64,000 nt of DNA, from positions 95,232,001 through 95,296,000 of the forward strand of contig JANJGN010000018.1 of NCBI GenBank assembly GCA_026770705.1. The letters run 5' to 3'. The notes under the pieces are model-generated. The model saw only the letters and a list, made by a program, of their open reading frames with translations, had not been told where the DNA came from and did no database searches. The position numbers and the translations under genes were made by a program. This stretch comes from Isurus oxyrinchus. Taxonomy: Eukaryota. Below are positions 1 through 12,076 of the stretch, one piece after another (within the stretch, counting starts at the first letter, position 1; each line of letters opens with the position of its first letter).

Positions 1-984
1 CAGTCTTACATTCATCTGCAGGTGCCATAGATGAATGAGTTAGTCTCCTCCGATCTACACAAACTTATCAGCATTGACAAGATACAGTTGGCTTTAGCAT
101 TTCTAAACTAAGGAAGGGAGAAACGGCTGGATTTACTTCCACTCATTGCTATTTAATGTGCATACACTGATAATCAAATTTATCAGTTCTGCCTGTGATT
201 TACCAAAACATAAAAACTCTTAAAACATTTTTTCACTTGTGTCCAAATGTTTATTTTTTTAAGAATCGAGAAGACATCACTACTCATGCAACCTATACTG
301 CCTTCATCACAAAATCCACGAAGGGAAATTTAGAAAATAAAATCTCTTAAAATTGATTCCTTATCTAGCAGATTGTACCATAATGGGTTGTTAACCCTAA
401 CCTCTTCCTCAACATTGATAAACTCACTACAGAAATATTGTAATGTATCAGACATTTAAATTACAAGGTACATGGCTGGCATCCTACTCACTCATATCCA
501 CAAATGTTACCAGTGCTAAGTGATGCAAAGAGCAAGACATTACATGCACTGGCATATCACAATTATACATTAAAAATTAGTTAATTATAGAAAAATGAGG
601 AACCAACAATCATCTCAGGGTTTGTTGACATAATATTTTAAAATCACAAAATGTACATTATGTGTAGCATAAATCATTGGTAGAGCAGGAGGGACAACAG
701 TAGGATTGTTCTTATTCTTTTACAGTTATTGTGCAATGTTCTTTATTGATGTAAAATCAAAGCTCACTGTTCAATCAGGCATTCTCCAAAATGAAGATGG
801 ATGAGTCCAACCACAGTGCAAGCAGACAGTTCAGGTCGTTTTCAACAAATGATTACACAACTTTCTGGCTATATTGAAATTTTGCAACTTCTGTCATTGG
901 GACTGCTAATTTTATGTCATCAATGAATTTCCAACTTAACCTGGAATTCTATTTCCAGTCATTTCTCCAATAATGAAGCAGCCC

Positions 985-1645
985 ATGTCAGCCACAGCAG
1001 GACCTGGATAACATGCAGGCTATGACTGTCAAATGGCAGGTAGCATTTATGCAACATAGTGACTAGGTAATGATAACCTTGAATAGAAAGCACAGCCATC
1101 TGTGATCTTCAACATTCTGAGGGTCACCAGTGACCAGAAGCTTAACTAGATCAGTCATACCAACTCTGACTCCAAGAGTAGAGGAGGCTGGATACGTGGC
1201 TAGATCCTGACCCCTCAAAGCTTATCTCCATCGATCAAGATTCAAGTTTGTCCAAAGGTGTTACCAAAGGGTGGAACTACAACATTCAACCATCCTAGAC
1301 CCATTAGTGGTCTCATTATCCACCCACTCCACTATCAGTGTACAATAGCTGCAGTGCATATGATCTACCGGAAGTAGTGCAGCAAATCACCAATATTATT
1401 CCAATAGCTATGTCTTCCCATGCAGCTTCTACCATCACATATAACAATGTTGTGGAAATACTATGATCTCTATGTTTCCTTCCAAGTTACAAATCATTTT
1501 TCCTGGACATACATCACCATTGTTTCATAATCAATAGGGAAGTCCAAAGAAATATGGGGCACCATTGTGTGAGGCCTAACACGAGCACCTTTCTCAATGG
1601 CAAGCAGAGATGGACAACAGGTGTGGCCAAGTCAGTGTCACTTAT
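985..1645 (+). mobile_element. Decayed 3' fragment of a CR1/L2-group non-LTR retrotransposon (same family as 8570-9690, 43835-44605, 60488-61265)
   Basis: cagcaggacctggataacatgcaggc encodes QQDLDNMQA, matching MQPDLDNIKAWADKWQ in the ORF at 44467-44751; the rest of the region aligns by eye with the family's 3' body. Boundaries approximate. Confidence 0.7.
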
Positions 1646-1934
1646 GTCCCAATAACTAAAAGAGTAACATAAGCTTTCAAAAGGCTTGGACATTTAACAA
1701 CCACAATAAATGTATAGCTTACACAAAGAGTGGTTTCTATCTTTTCAAAGATATAACAATTAATTCTTGGTGTATAACAAAACTTTTCACAGTATACAGC
1801 ATTAATTTGTACTGAATGAACAGGTGATGGGTTAAATATTAAAATAAACAAGTGACAAGAACCAGAGGACACTATTTTAAAAGGAGGATAGCAAAAGAAC
1901 AGGCAACACAAGGAAAAAAATTATTTTACAAAAC

Positions 1935-2145
1935 AACCGGTTAGGATCTGGAATGCTGAGAGTGTGGAGGAGGTAGATTCAATCATGGCTTTCAAGGGAG
2001 TATTTGATAAGCACCTGAGGCAAATAAACTGCAGGACTAAGGGGAAACGGCAAGGGAGTGGAACTGAATAGTTCTGGCATAATTCTGAATGAACAGGATA
2101 AGCCAAATGGCCACCTTCTGTGCTGTAACTCTTCTTGATTCTATT
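1935..2145 (+). mobile_element. CR1 LINE 3' end fragment
   Basis: ggttaggatctggaatg...gtagattcaatcatggctttcaagggagtatttgataagcacctg...ccaaatggccaccttctgtgctgtaac resembles the 3' end of the CR1 at 49740-49960. Confidence 0.7.
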
Positions 2146-3719
2146 CTTTAAGTTATTTTCTTTTCTAATTGAAAGTTGCAAGTTATATTTGGAATATCCA
2201 AGTAAGAGACTCAAACTTCAGAAAAATGGGAGGAGATATTTAATGGATATCAATATGGAGGAAACAAATATATAGCATATATGATTGAAAACTCACCACC
2301 CTTAGGAAGTTTTAGACAAAACTCTTGAGACTACAATGTAGAGTCCCAATAGCTGCAATGAACAGGATCAGTATTCAACTGATACATTATGCAAACACCA
2401 AAAAAAATTTGTTTACCAACAAAAAAATCCTGGATATGGTTTTAAACTGTTTTGTACAGATGCATCATAATATGGTTGGGGGAAAAGCAGATGGCATAAT
2501 TCGTGGGTTTTTCCCTTTATACAATTACCATTACACTACGCTCTTACCAATCAAAATTAATGCATTTAAAGCATTCTGAAAATAAGCAGCTGTTCTATTT
2601 GCTTTTAAAAATGTTTTTTTCGTTAAAATACTCTTGCTACTCGTTACATTTGCACATTGAATCCACAGTTCTTAACTCAAAAATTAGCAATTATGTTCCA
2701 TTGCAGTGGAGACATTTTATTGGACTGAAAAAAGTGGTTTCGGAAAAATTCCATTGTAAAACAGAACATGGTTAGATTCCTCTATAGCAGGTAAAATAAA
2801 CCCCATATACTTAAGAGTGCTACTAATTGGCTTGAGTTAGTGATACCAATAATCCTATTAACATCTTTGTCAAAATAATTTATAATAAAGCATTCAAAAG
2901 GGGCAGTGTGGGAAATTAGTAATATATTGCACACCGCAAATAACATGCTTTTCACCCCTTCATGCCAGACCCATTGTTTCAATTGTCCATTCTCCAAATA
3001 AAGGGGCCCAGAGGCACCCTGCCAGAATCTGCTCAATATACAAAAAAAAAATCAAAGACCTACAAACAAATTTCTAAAAATCAAAGCGACTCTGTCCTTT
3101 GCAACCAATCCTTTGCTCCAACATCTTCCATACTCAGGCACCTCCTCCTGAATGGGACAATTTTGTGCAACTGTGCCTACATCCCCCTCGCAGCAGCATG
3201 TTTCTTCAAACAGTCCAGGTCTCTGACAACAATGGCTCCATTACATTTCTGGTAGGATCAGCAACTCCTGTTAGACCAGACACCTCAAAATACCTAATCC
3301 CTTAGTGCTCCAGTTCCCCAAAAGAACCTCATTCTGCAATTTCACTTACACAGCTCCATCAGCAAGTCAAATTGTGCTGCACTTGTATTTTAACACAAAA
3401 GTACCACCAGCGGAATATTGATGTTCTAATCCTGATTGCAACCAGTAGAACTACTTCATATTACTTGATTGAGGAGTTGAGCTCAGTTGCAGTTTTAAAT
3501 TCATACAATATTCTAGCCCAATATGCTTCAGTTTATTTTTGTTTTAAGCTGTTTTAAGGTGTTACTAAATTTGTTAAAAAAGAACCCCAATTAAGCTTTG
3601 ATTTGTTCCACAATTGTTATAGTGTGGGACAGTATTGCTCAGTAAATAGGACATAAGAAATGACTGACTCAGACAGCCAATAACATCCTGAGCTTAGAAT
3701 GAGTAATTTAATCAAACAA

Positions 3720-4130
3720 CACAGAAGCACCCATTAAGCCTCTTGTGCCTGTGCCAGTTCTTTGAAAGAGCTACCCAATAGTTACTCTCACCACCTCTTC
3801 CCACATTTGCAAGTTACTATTGGATCTGCTTCCATTACTCTTCCAAGCAGTGCATTTCAGATCGTAAACAGGTACACAGGAATGCTCTCATCTCTGGCTT
3901 TAATCATTTTGCCAAACAACTTAAATCAGTGTCCACTGGTTACCTACCCCAAAGCATCAGAAACAATTTTGCCCTATCTTCTCTATCAAAATCCTTTATA
4001 GTTTGAACATCTTTGTTAAACTTCCCCTTAACCTTCTCTGCTGAGCATAGCAACTTCTCTACTCTCACCACATAACTGAAGTCCAGGAGGTCATTTGAGT
4101 AAATCTCATATTAAGCCTCTCCAATGCCTT
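3720..4130 (-). mobile_element. Decayed CR1 LINE 3' fragment
   Basis: Reverse-complement CR1 3' pattern (acagaagcacccattaagcc...ttccaagcagtgcatttcagatc...cttcccttaaccttctctg), similar to 45225-45570. Confidence 0.6.
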
Positions 4131-4343
4131 TCATTCATTCTATAAAATGAATCTACATTTTTCAACAGCGCCAAATGAAGAATTAGTTAGTATATGAACT
4201 CTGATTTTACTGGGCACAAGTCCATTTGATGTTAAGAAAGTAACTTAGCAAGTAGAAAAACAAGAGAAGATTTTGCAGATTCAAGTTCCTTCCTGGTACT
4301 TGCCTTTGATCAAAATCCCAGAATATCATAAAGGTGAAAATAC

Positions 4344-4416
4344 CTGTGTGCATTGTCTTCTTCTGTCGAGTCTCATATCATTCTTGGTGGAGGATCCAGC
4401 TGCAAAATCATACGCT
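4344..4416 (-). other. Probable 73-nt spliced exon (likely 5'UTR) of the minus-strand gene
   Basis: On the minus strand: acceptor tgtttttgtttttgtag|AGCGTATG and donor CACACAG|gtattt; unique, non-repeat sequence. Contains a short uORF (MILQLDPPPRMI*) and a second ATG whose frame runs through the donor (MRLDRRRQCTQ). Confidence 0.7.
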
Positions 4417-5819
4417 CTACAAAAACAAAAACAGTTAATAAGTGAGAGAGGGAAATGTAGAAGTTATTTTAAAACATCAAAATCTGACAAAAAATATTGA
4501 CTACATGCTAATTAGTTATTACTGTCACACCAGGCTGACATTAAAAAGGACAAGGTCACAGTGAACTACAATTTATTTTAAGTGTTGCATCAAGCTCTTA
4601 AATTTGAGGGAGAGAAATGGATGTGCATAATTTTAAACTTGTACCCATCCATATAGGGCTGCCTGCAGCACCTCAATATTTTAAGCTACAAATCAATAGC
4701 AACATTGAAAAATAAGACTAATAAGCAAATTTGCTCTTATACAACTTTGTGATTGAAAAAATCTGGAACGTCTGCATGTTTAGCAATGAAGAAAAACAAA
4801 TAACTCAATTCGACAACTGTTTCTACATTCGTTCCTATGTGAAGGTACTCACTTGATTATTTTGTTGTGCTTTGCTAAATTTAACATTTTCAAATCTTTC
4901 CACTTGAACAGGCCAATGCAATTATCAAGTTATATTAAATTTACTCTCATTTCTATTTTTGAAATTATCCAAGGTTATCGGCGGTAGGCAGAATGTGGAA
5001 TCGAGGCCACAGTCAGATCAGCCATGATCTTATTGAATGGCCAAAAGGCCTACTCCTAATCCATATGTTTATGTATTTGTATGATAGGTCAGAGGTCAAT
5101 ATAGATATATATGCCAGAAATGCACCTGTTAAAAAAAGTAAAAGCTTCACAATGCCTCAAATAAGGACTGCCCTTCCACATACAGAAATCTTGTACTAAG
5201 TTATTTTTACCAAATGCCTTTATGACATGCATGCATTGGCCAGTTTTAGTTTTGGAGGACGGGTGTTATTTTTACGCATGTAATCAAAAGAAAATTCAAA
5301 TAGTTGCGAAAATTCTCAACATTCATCTGATTACAGCAAACCCTCAGATTTTGCTGAATATACTTGAAACTGCTAGCACAATGTAGTCTGAACGATCCAC
5401 TGTCAGAGGAAACCACAACATAATTGGTAGATATGTGATTGCAAGTTCGTCAGGCAATCTGTACATCATTCAATCCTGTTTTTCTTCCTTGTGCTAAATC
5501 ATAAAGTAAATAAAATTTGACACACTCTGGGAGCCCACAAGAAAAGCACAAATGCTAATTTTGAGGAGCAACTACCCATATCACCAACACTGAAAAATTC
5601 CTGAACTGTTCATTGAGCCACTCAGTTAAGGCAGAAATTGATACGCATTTAAATTGTCCTTCCCCCAAAACTTGCCTGAGGACATAGTTCAACACCCTTA
5701 CAAGAATGTTCCACTCTCAGAACATTAAAAAGATTTTAAAAGGCCACTTAATTTTGAATAACACGAAGGGCTTTTTTTGATCCTTGATCAATTTTCCCAA
5801 AACTCCAAATTCATTTCTG

Positions 5820-6480
5820 AGCTACCGATTCCATCCTTCTTCAAGACAACAGTCCAAGACTAAGCCAGTGTGTTCACAATCTTGCTGTCATAATTGATCG
5901 CAAGATGAGCTTCCAACCACATATTTGCACCGTCAGACCACCTATTTCAACCTCCATAGCTTCACTTGGCTTTGCCCATCTCAGCTCCTCTGCTGCAGAA
6001 ACCCTCATCCATGCCTTTGTTACCTCTGAACTCTATTATCCAACAAGCACCTGGCTGGTCTTTCACATTCTATCCTTTGGAAATGGAGGTCATTCAAAAC
6101 TCTGCTACCCATGTCTTAACTTGCACCAAGTCCCATTCACCTATCACTCGTGTTCACAGGCTTGCACAAGTAAGATCTTCATTTTAAAATCTCCAATGCC
6201 TCCATGATCTTTGCCCCTCCCTCTCTGTAATCTCCTCCAGCCCCACAATTCCCAGATATATCCACGCTCCTCTAATTCTGGGTTGAGTATCCTCTTATTT
6301 TAATCACTCAATGATTGGTACTAATGCCTTCAGCTATGTAGGCCTTAAGCTCTCGAATGCCCTCCCTACGCTACTCCGCCCCTCTACCTCACTTTCCTCT
6401 TTTCAGACACTCTTTAAAGCCTACCTCATTGGCCGGTTTTTGGTCATCTGATCATATATCACCTTCAGTTGTTCAGTATC
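5820..6480 (+). mobile_element. L2-type LINE 3' fragment
   Basis: ORF 5905-6207 contains HLSSSAAETLIHAFVTS, the typical L2 C-terminal motif; it is followed by an L2-like 3' region. Confidence 0.8.
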
Positions 6481-8569
6481 AAAAGTCTATCAAATCCAGT
6501 CTTGAAAATGTCAACTGAGCCATCATCCATAGCTTTTTGCTGAGCAAGCTTTCCAGACATCAACTAAAAACTTTTCTGAAATGTTTCCTCATTTCACTCC
6601 TGAATGGCCTGAAAAAGCTCTATTTTAAAGACCCATGTTCCAGATACTTGTCTATTTTAAAAACTTGAATTTGAACACTCCACATTCTAGACTCCAACCT
6701 GTTCCCTCAGTTTAATTCTTTTATCCTCAGTATCATTTATTTTGTAGATAGATTCAGGTATGTCTTTTTAATTTCTTCTAACCAATTTGACATTGGAACA
6801 AAATGAATATTAAAGTTTTTAATAATGTCCAATTAAAAGAATGACAAATTCTGAGGAAGACCATGTACTACAGACATGCCAGTTGAGTGGGCAGATAAAT
6901 AACAGATGTAGCTCAATGCAGAGAACTATGAAATTGCACATTTTTGCAAAAACAATGAAATGGTAGGATTCTTAACAGGGAAAAGAAATCTAAAAGGTAC
7001 AAACACATTTCTGCCTTTGAGATTTAATGTATTTTATATAAAAGACTTCAATATAAAAAGAAACTTTATTGAATTTGTACAGGACAGCTTGAATTGTGAT
7101 CAAACTGTCTAATTCCTGTAACACATTTCCTGTAATTTAGCAAAGTGATGGAAAGTTGATAAATTCTCTAGAATATCAAGAAAGGTTAGTTGTGGAGAGA
7201 TTTGAAAACTGTGTTTTATTTTAACCCCTGCACACTAGAGCAGATAGACAAAGCAAACCAAACATTTTCAGAGTACACAATGCAATCATTTCAACTGGCT
7301 GACAAATTGGTAACAAAGATGCAATTGACTGAGAATCATAAAAAGATCAAAAGGCGCAAGTTAAAAGAACTCGACACAGAAAAACAAAAGAATTCTTTAC
7401 CATAAGTGGATTCTAAGGCAGTTACAAAATTATCTCAGGTCTCTTTTGCATCTGCCAAATCTTTTCACCCGATTCAATGATTTCCTACAGTCACCACCAA
7501 TTCACTCTTCTACCTCACCTTCCCATGTACAGTCTATTACTTTATTATTCTATTTTTGTTGCCTATTCACAAAAATTCAAAATAAATGTGTCATAAGTGA
7601 CCATTCCCAATGCCACCACTACTTGTTAATTTGGATGGTACCCTGGTCACTCAATAAAACGTCAAGGTATATTACTCCAAGTAGGTATTATAACACACAG
7701 GGTGCTTAACTACTTCCCGACAACATTTGCTGATACTTATTCTGCCTCACTTTCATTTGGACATTAATTTAATTGGATTAATTGAATCACTCATCATTAC
7801 AAATATCTTGTCTGTACATGTGCTTGTGCACTTATTCCTGATTTGTAAAATAGACTCTATGCAACATAGTTATAATATTTAGCTGCTAACCCACCCTGCC
7901 CAAGGCAGAGTGTCACGAATGGGAACAAATAGTAATTTTTCCTAGTTTGCCTAAAATAGCAGTATCCGGTTGTTAACCTCGTTTCCCATTCACTTGTTAA
8001 TTTGAACCAAATTATTTTGTTTTGCATGTTCTTAGGTTGATTCAACATACTCTGCTTCAACTTTTTCTGACCATTGAAAGCTTTCTACTCTCCCATCTTT
8101 TCCATCATTCTCCAAAGAACCCATGCTCCTTCAAATTGCATCTTTACCATATGAGGGGAAAACCATGAGTTTAGGATTGCAATCATAATTGCTTACCACT
8201 AGATAGACTTCTAACTCAAACATCTTATTCCAAATGCTTCTCGCAGTGTGGCAAGTATTTGATTGCCTTTTTCGCTTTAATCATGGTAGTGTTTACTTTC
8301 AACATGGAATTCCGCACATTTTGACAAAATTCAATAGTGCTCTCAAAGTTTTGAATTTTCAGGTCGAAGTATTCTCTAAGCATCATTTACAAATTATCCT
8401 ACTTAGCATGTGTTTAAAATAAATATGTAAATCTGGCCAATACTCTTCAAATTATAATTTAGTGATGCTATTTTAACTGCACATATACAGACAGGCTATG
8501 TGTAAAATTATCCTGGATGCATATCAATATGAAAGTTGCAGCATAACTTCAGACAGATGATCTGACTTT

Positions 8570-9690
8570 TCTTTTTATTCTTTCATGGGGTGTGGGCGTC
8601 GCTGGCAAGGCCAGCATTGTTGCCCTCCCTAAATGCCCTTAGAAGGTGAGTGTTGAGCCACCTTCTTGAACCACTGCTGTCCACATAATGAATGCAAACC
8701 CAACATGTAGCTAAGAAGGGAGCTCTGGGATTTGGATCTAGGAACAGTCGAACAGCAGCAGTATAACTCCAAGTCAGGAGCTTGGCCTAAGTTGGTGGTG
8801 TTCTCATTCATCTGCTGGCTTTATTCTTTGAGGCAGTAGAGGCCACAGTTTTGTTAAGTGCTGTTGAAAGAGGCTTGAGTTGCTGCAGTGCATCTTTTAG
8901 ATGATACAAAAATCTGCTTTTGTGTCATTCATGGAGCAAGTGCATGTTTAAGATGGTGCACTGGACATCAATCAAGCAGGCTTTGTCCAGGATGGTATCA
9001 AACTTCTTCAGTGTTGTTGAAGCTGCACTCATCCAAGCAAGTGGAGAAAATTCCACTACACACCTCACTTGTGTCCTGTAAATGGTGAACATAGTTTGGG
9101 GACTCATGAAGTGAGTTACTTGCTGCAGAATCTCGTCTCTCATCTGCTATTGTAGCCACAGTATTTGTATGGCTAGTCCAGTTAGGTTTCTAGTCAATGA
9201 TAAACATCCCCACGCCCATGTCCTGGGGCTGAGATGATTGTCCTCCAACAACCACAACCAGCTTCCAATGTGCAAGATGTGACTTCCAACCAGTGGAGAG
9301 CTTTTCTCCAATTCCCACTGATTCCAATTTTGCTAGGAATCCTTGATGGCATACTTGGTCAAATGCTGCCTTGATGTCAAAGTCAGTCACTCTCACCTCA
9401 TCTCCTGAATTCAGCATTTTTTTAAATCCACGTTTGGACCAAGCCTATAATGAGATCTGAAATGGAGGAGTCTTAGCAGAATCCAAACTGAGCATTGCTG
9501 AGCAAGTTGTTGCTGAGTAAATGCCACCTGATAGCACTTTTGTTGACATCTTCCATCACTTTGCTGATAATTGCGAGTAATCTGATGGGGCATTAATTGG
9601 CAGTATTGGACTAGTCCTGTTTTTTGTGGACAGGACAGACCTCAATAATTTTGCACATTGTTGGGTAGATTCCAGCGTTGGAAGTGCACT
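8570..9690 (-). mobile_element. CR1/L2-group LINE fragment (RT to 3' tail)
   Basis: ORF 9190-9417 has DFDIKAAFDQVCHQG (RT motif); ORF 8925-9143 has VVEFSPLAWMSAASTTLKKFDTI; 3' tail ...caatgctggccttgccagcgacgcccacaccccatgaaagaataaa at 8575-8620. Confidence 0.85.
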
Positions 9691-10577
9691 AACTCCAGAA
9701 TGCAATAAGATGAAGACAAACTGCACACCAATTGAGCAAGGCAGTCTGTGGAATATAACTCACTGCAGTGAGTAACCAGATTCAATAATGTTCAGGCTGT
9801 TCATTGGACCTTCAAGGCAATTTATGAAATGACTGGACAGTATCAGACTTTTTCAAGTGCAGTCTACCAACATTACAAGATAAATCTGTACATTCGCTTT
9901 ACTAGCTGAGCTAGCTCTCCATAGGTGAAGCTCTCAGGCTGGTGTAAAGGTAGCTACAGAGTGAAGTCATTATGGCACAGGCTTAAAGACGACGTCAATT
10001 TATTGATGCAGTCTAATTTAACAAGAGAACACCTCCACATATAACCACAACCACAGATTTTAATCGTCTGAAATTTCAGGGGAAAAACTTATTTTATACT
10101 AGAACTATGGGAGGTTATACTTTTCATTTAGGTTCATTTACATTGTTATTGAAACAGCAAAAGCAGTTAGCACTGGAATTTAAGCTTTTGTTAGAAATGC
10201 ATTTATCACTGTTGGAATAAAAGGCGATTGTGCAAATATTTTAAAAACTTACCCACCATCTACTAAATTCCACATTATTTTACCAACCCAAGCAAAAACC
10301 CAAAAGACTAAAAACAAAAAGGATCATTAGCAAATATAGGCAGTACAAATAAAAAATTATCCCAGCTTTTGTTCCAAATTTCTAGCATATTGCATTTTCT
10401 TTCAAATCAAAAGTTGTTCATCCACGTAACTTCCACCTTCATCACATCCCCCTCCCCAAAAGCTATAAAATTTCATTCTAGAAGCTTCCAACCACTTTAT
10501 ATTCGTTTTGATAATGTGATCAACTTACCTTGCCTTTAAAGTCACTATTAGATTTTACAGAGATAAAAAGAACCAAG

Positions 10578-11075
10578 ATTTTACATCTGTCTTTACAAAG
10601 GAAGGTGATGCTACCCAGGCCAAGGTGAGAGAGGAGGTAACTGGTACGCTAGAAGAATTTACAATTGAGAAGGAGTTAGTGTTAGAAAGGCTATCTTTAC
10701 TTAAAATAGCTAAGGTACTACGACCAGATGTGATGCATCCAAGGGTGCCGAGGGAAGGGAGTGGAAATTGCAGAGATACGAGTGATAATCTTCAGTCTTT
10801 CTTAGACACTAGGGATGGTGCCAGAAGACTGGAAAATTGCAGTGGGGAAATTTTTTTCACCCAGAGGTTGGTTGGAGTCTGGTACAAACTTCCTGAGAGG
10901 CTAATGGAGGCAGATTCGATTGAGGTATTCAAAAAGAAATTGGATTGATATCTGAAAAATAAGAATGTGCAAGTTATGGGGATAAGGCAGGGGAATAGGA
11001 CTGTGTGGAACGCTCTTTTAGAAAGCCAGTGCAGACTCGCTGGGTCAAATGGCCTCCTTCTGCACTATAAAGATT
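10578..11075 (+). mobile_element. Internally deleted CR1 ORF2 fragment with 3' tail
   Basis: ORF 10625-10948 joins a pre-RT segment (PDVMHPRV) directly to the C-terminal FFTQRLVGVWYKLPE...FKKKLD; CR1-type tail follows. Confidence 0.8.
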
Positions 11076-11792
11076 GTGAAGATACTCAAATTATCAGTCC
11101 AATAACTTTGAAATCTGCAATTTTGTGGAAAGCATGTCTTCTCTCGCTCGATAAAGAATGATTTTATTAAAATATTGCAGATTACACTGCAGATTGCAGA
11201 GTATATGAGTAGTAGCAAATGCAAAACCAAAATATTAATTGTCTAGAGAAAGAGCAGGTGCTGCAAAACCAATTAAACTATGTACCTTCTGAAAAACTGA
11301 TCAGGAATTATGTAATTACAGATTTCAAAAGCATTAGAAGTGAAATTTCACTTAGTTAGCCCAGTTAATCCAAACTTTTTGCATTAAGTGAAACATCAGG
11401 AGCCTTAACTAAAAATAATTTACATTAAGATATTTTGGCCTAAAAGTCATATTGGTCAATTTGAATTTAAAAAATAGTAAGTAAATGGTTAAAATCTTCA
11501 GTTAGAAAATGTTCTTGTCCTGTTTTGAAATTGGATTCAGTTACAGAAAAAGCTCATAGACTTCAAGGCTGAATATAAACTACAATCTTCATAAACTCAA
11601 ATTTGAGACAGATCTAGCAAGGGTCTCACATTTCAGCATTCTGGAGCACTCAAGTCGAATACAAGTTAAACTATCACTTTTACACCAATGTCCACTCAAG
11701 ACCACTTTCACTTTTGCAAAAGTTGAAATTTAGCACATGTAGCACAAAAGATTTTAGATCCATCTTGTAACAACATGGTCTATCATCTTGAA

Positions 11793-12076
11793 CAAAAACA
11801 GAATTACCAGGAAAAACTCAGCAGGTCTGGCAGCATCGGCGGAGAAGAAAAGAGTTGACGTTTCGAGTCCTCATGACCCTTCGACAGAACTTGATTTCGA
11901 GTCCAAGAAAGAGTTGAAATATATAAGCTGGTTTAAGGTGTGTGTGTGGGGCGGAGAGATAGGGGGAGAGAGAGAGGTGCTTGTGTAGACAAACAAGCAG
12001 TGATAGAAGCAGATCATCAAAAGATGTCAGCAACAATGGTACAAAAGAACACATAGGTGTTAAAGTTAAAGTATTT
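11793..12076 (-). mobile_element. Young Penelope-like pLTR-derived insertion carrying a hammerhead ribozyme motif
   Basis: Perfect 17-bp flanking duplication tggtctatcatcttgaa (11776-11792 and 12077-12093). Minus strand reads AGTT-CTGTCGA-A-GGGTC-ATGAG-GACTC-GAAA-CG-TC-AACT. Confidence 0.8.
11852..11892 (-). ncRNA. Minimal type I hammerhead ribozyme motif (variant core CUGUCGA)
   Basis: Stem I AGTT/AACT, core CUG(U)CGA, stem II GGGTC/GACTC, GAAA, a vestigial stem III containing the palindrome ACGT, and a GUC cleavage triplet; this is the layout of minimal hammerheads in Penelope-like elements. Confidence 0.6.

Noticed and set aside
2782-3305. Possible first coding exon downstream of the 73-nt exon
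   Set aside because: An acceptor-like tttgtttgtag exists at ~3060 on the minus strand, but I found no convincing donor or recognisable peptide; left uncalled.
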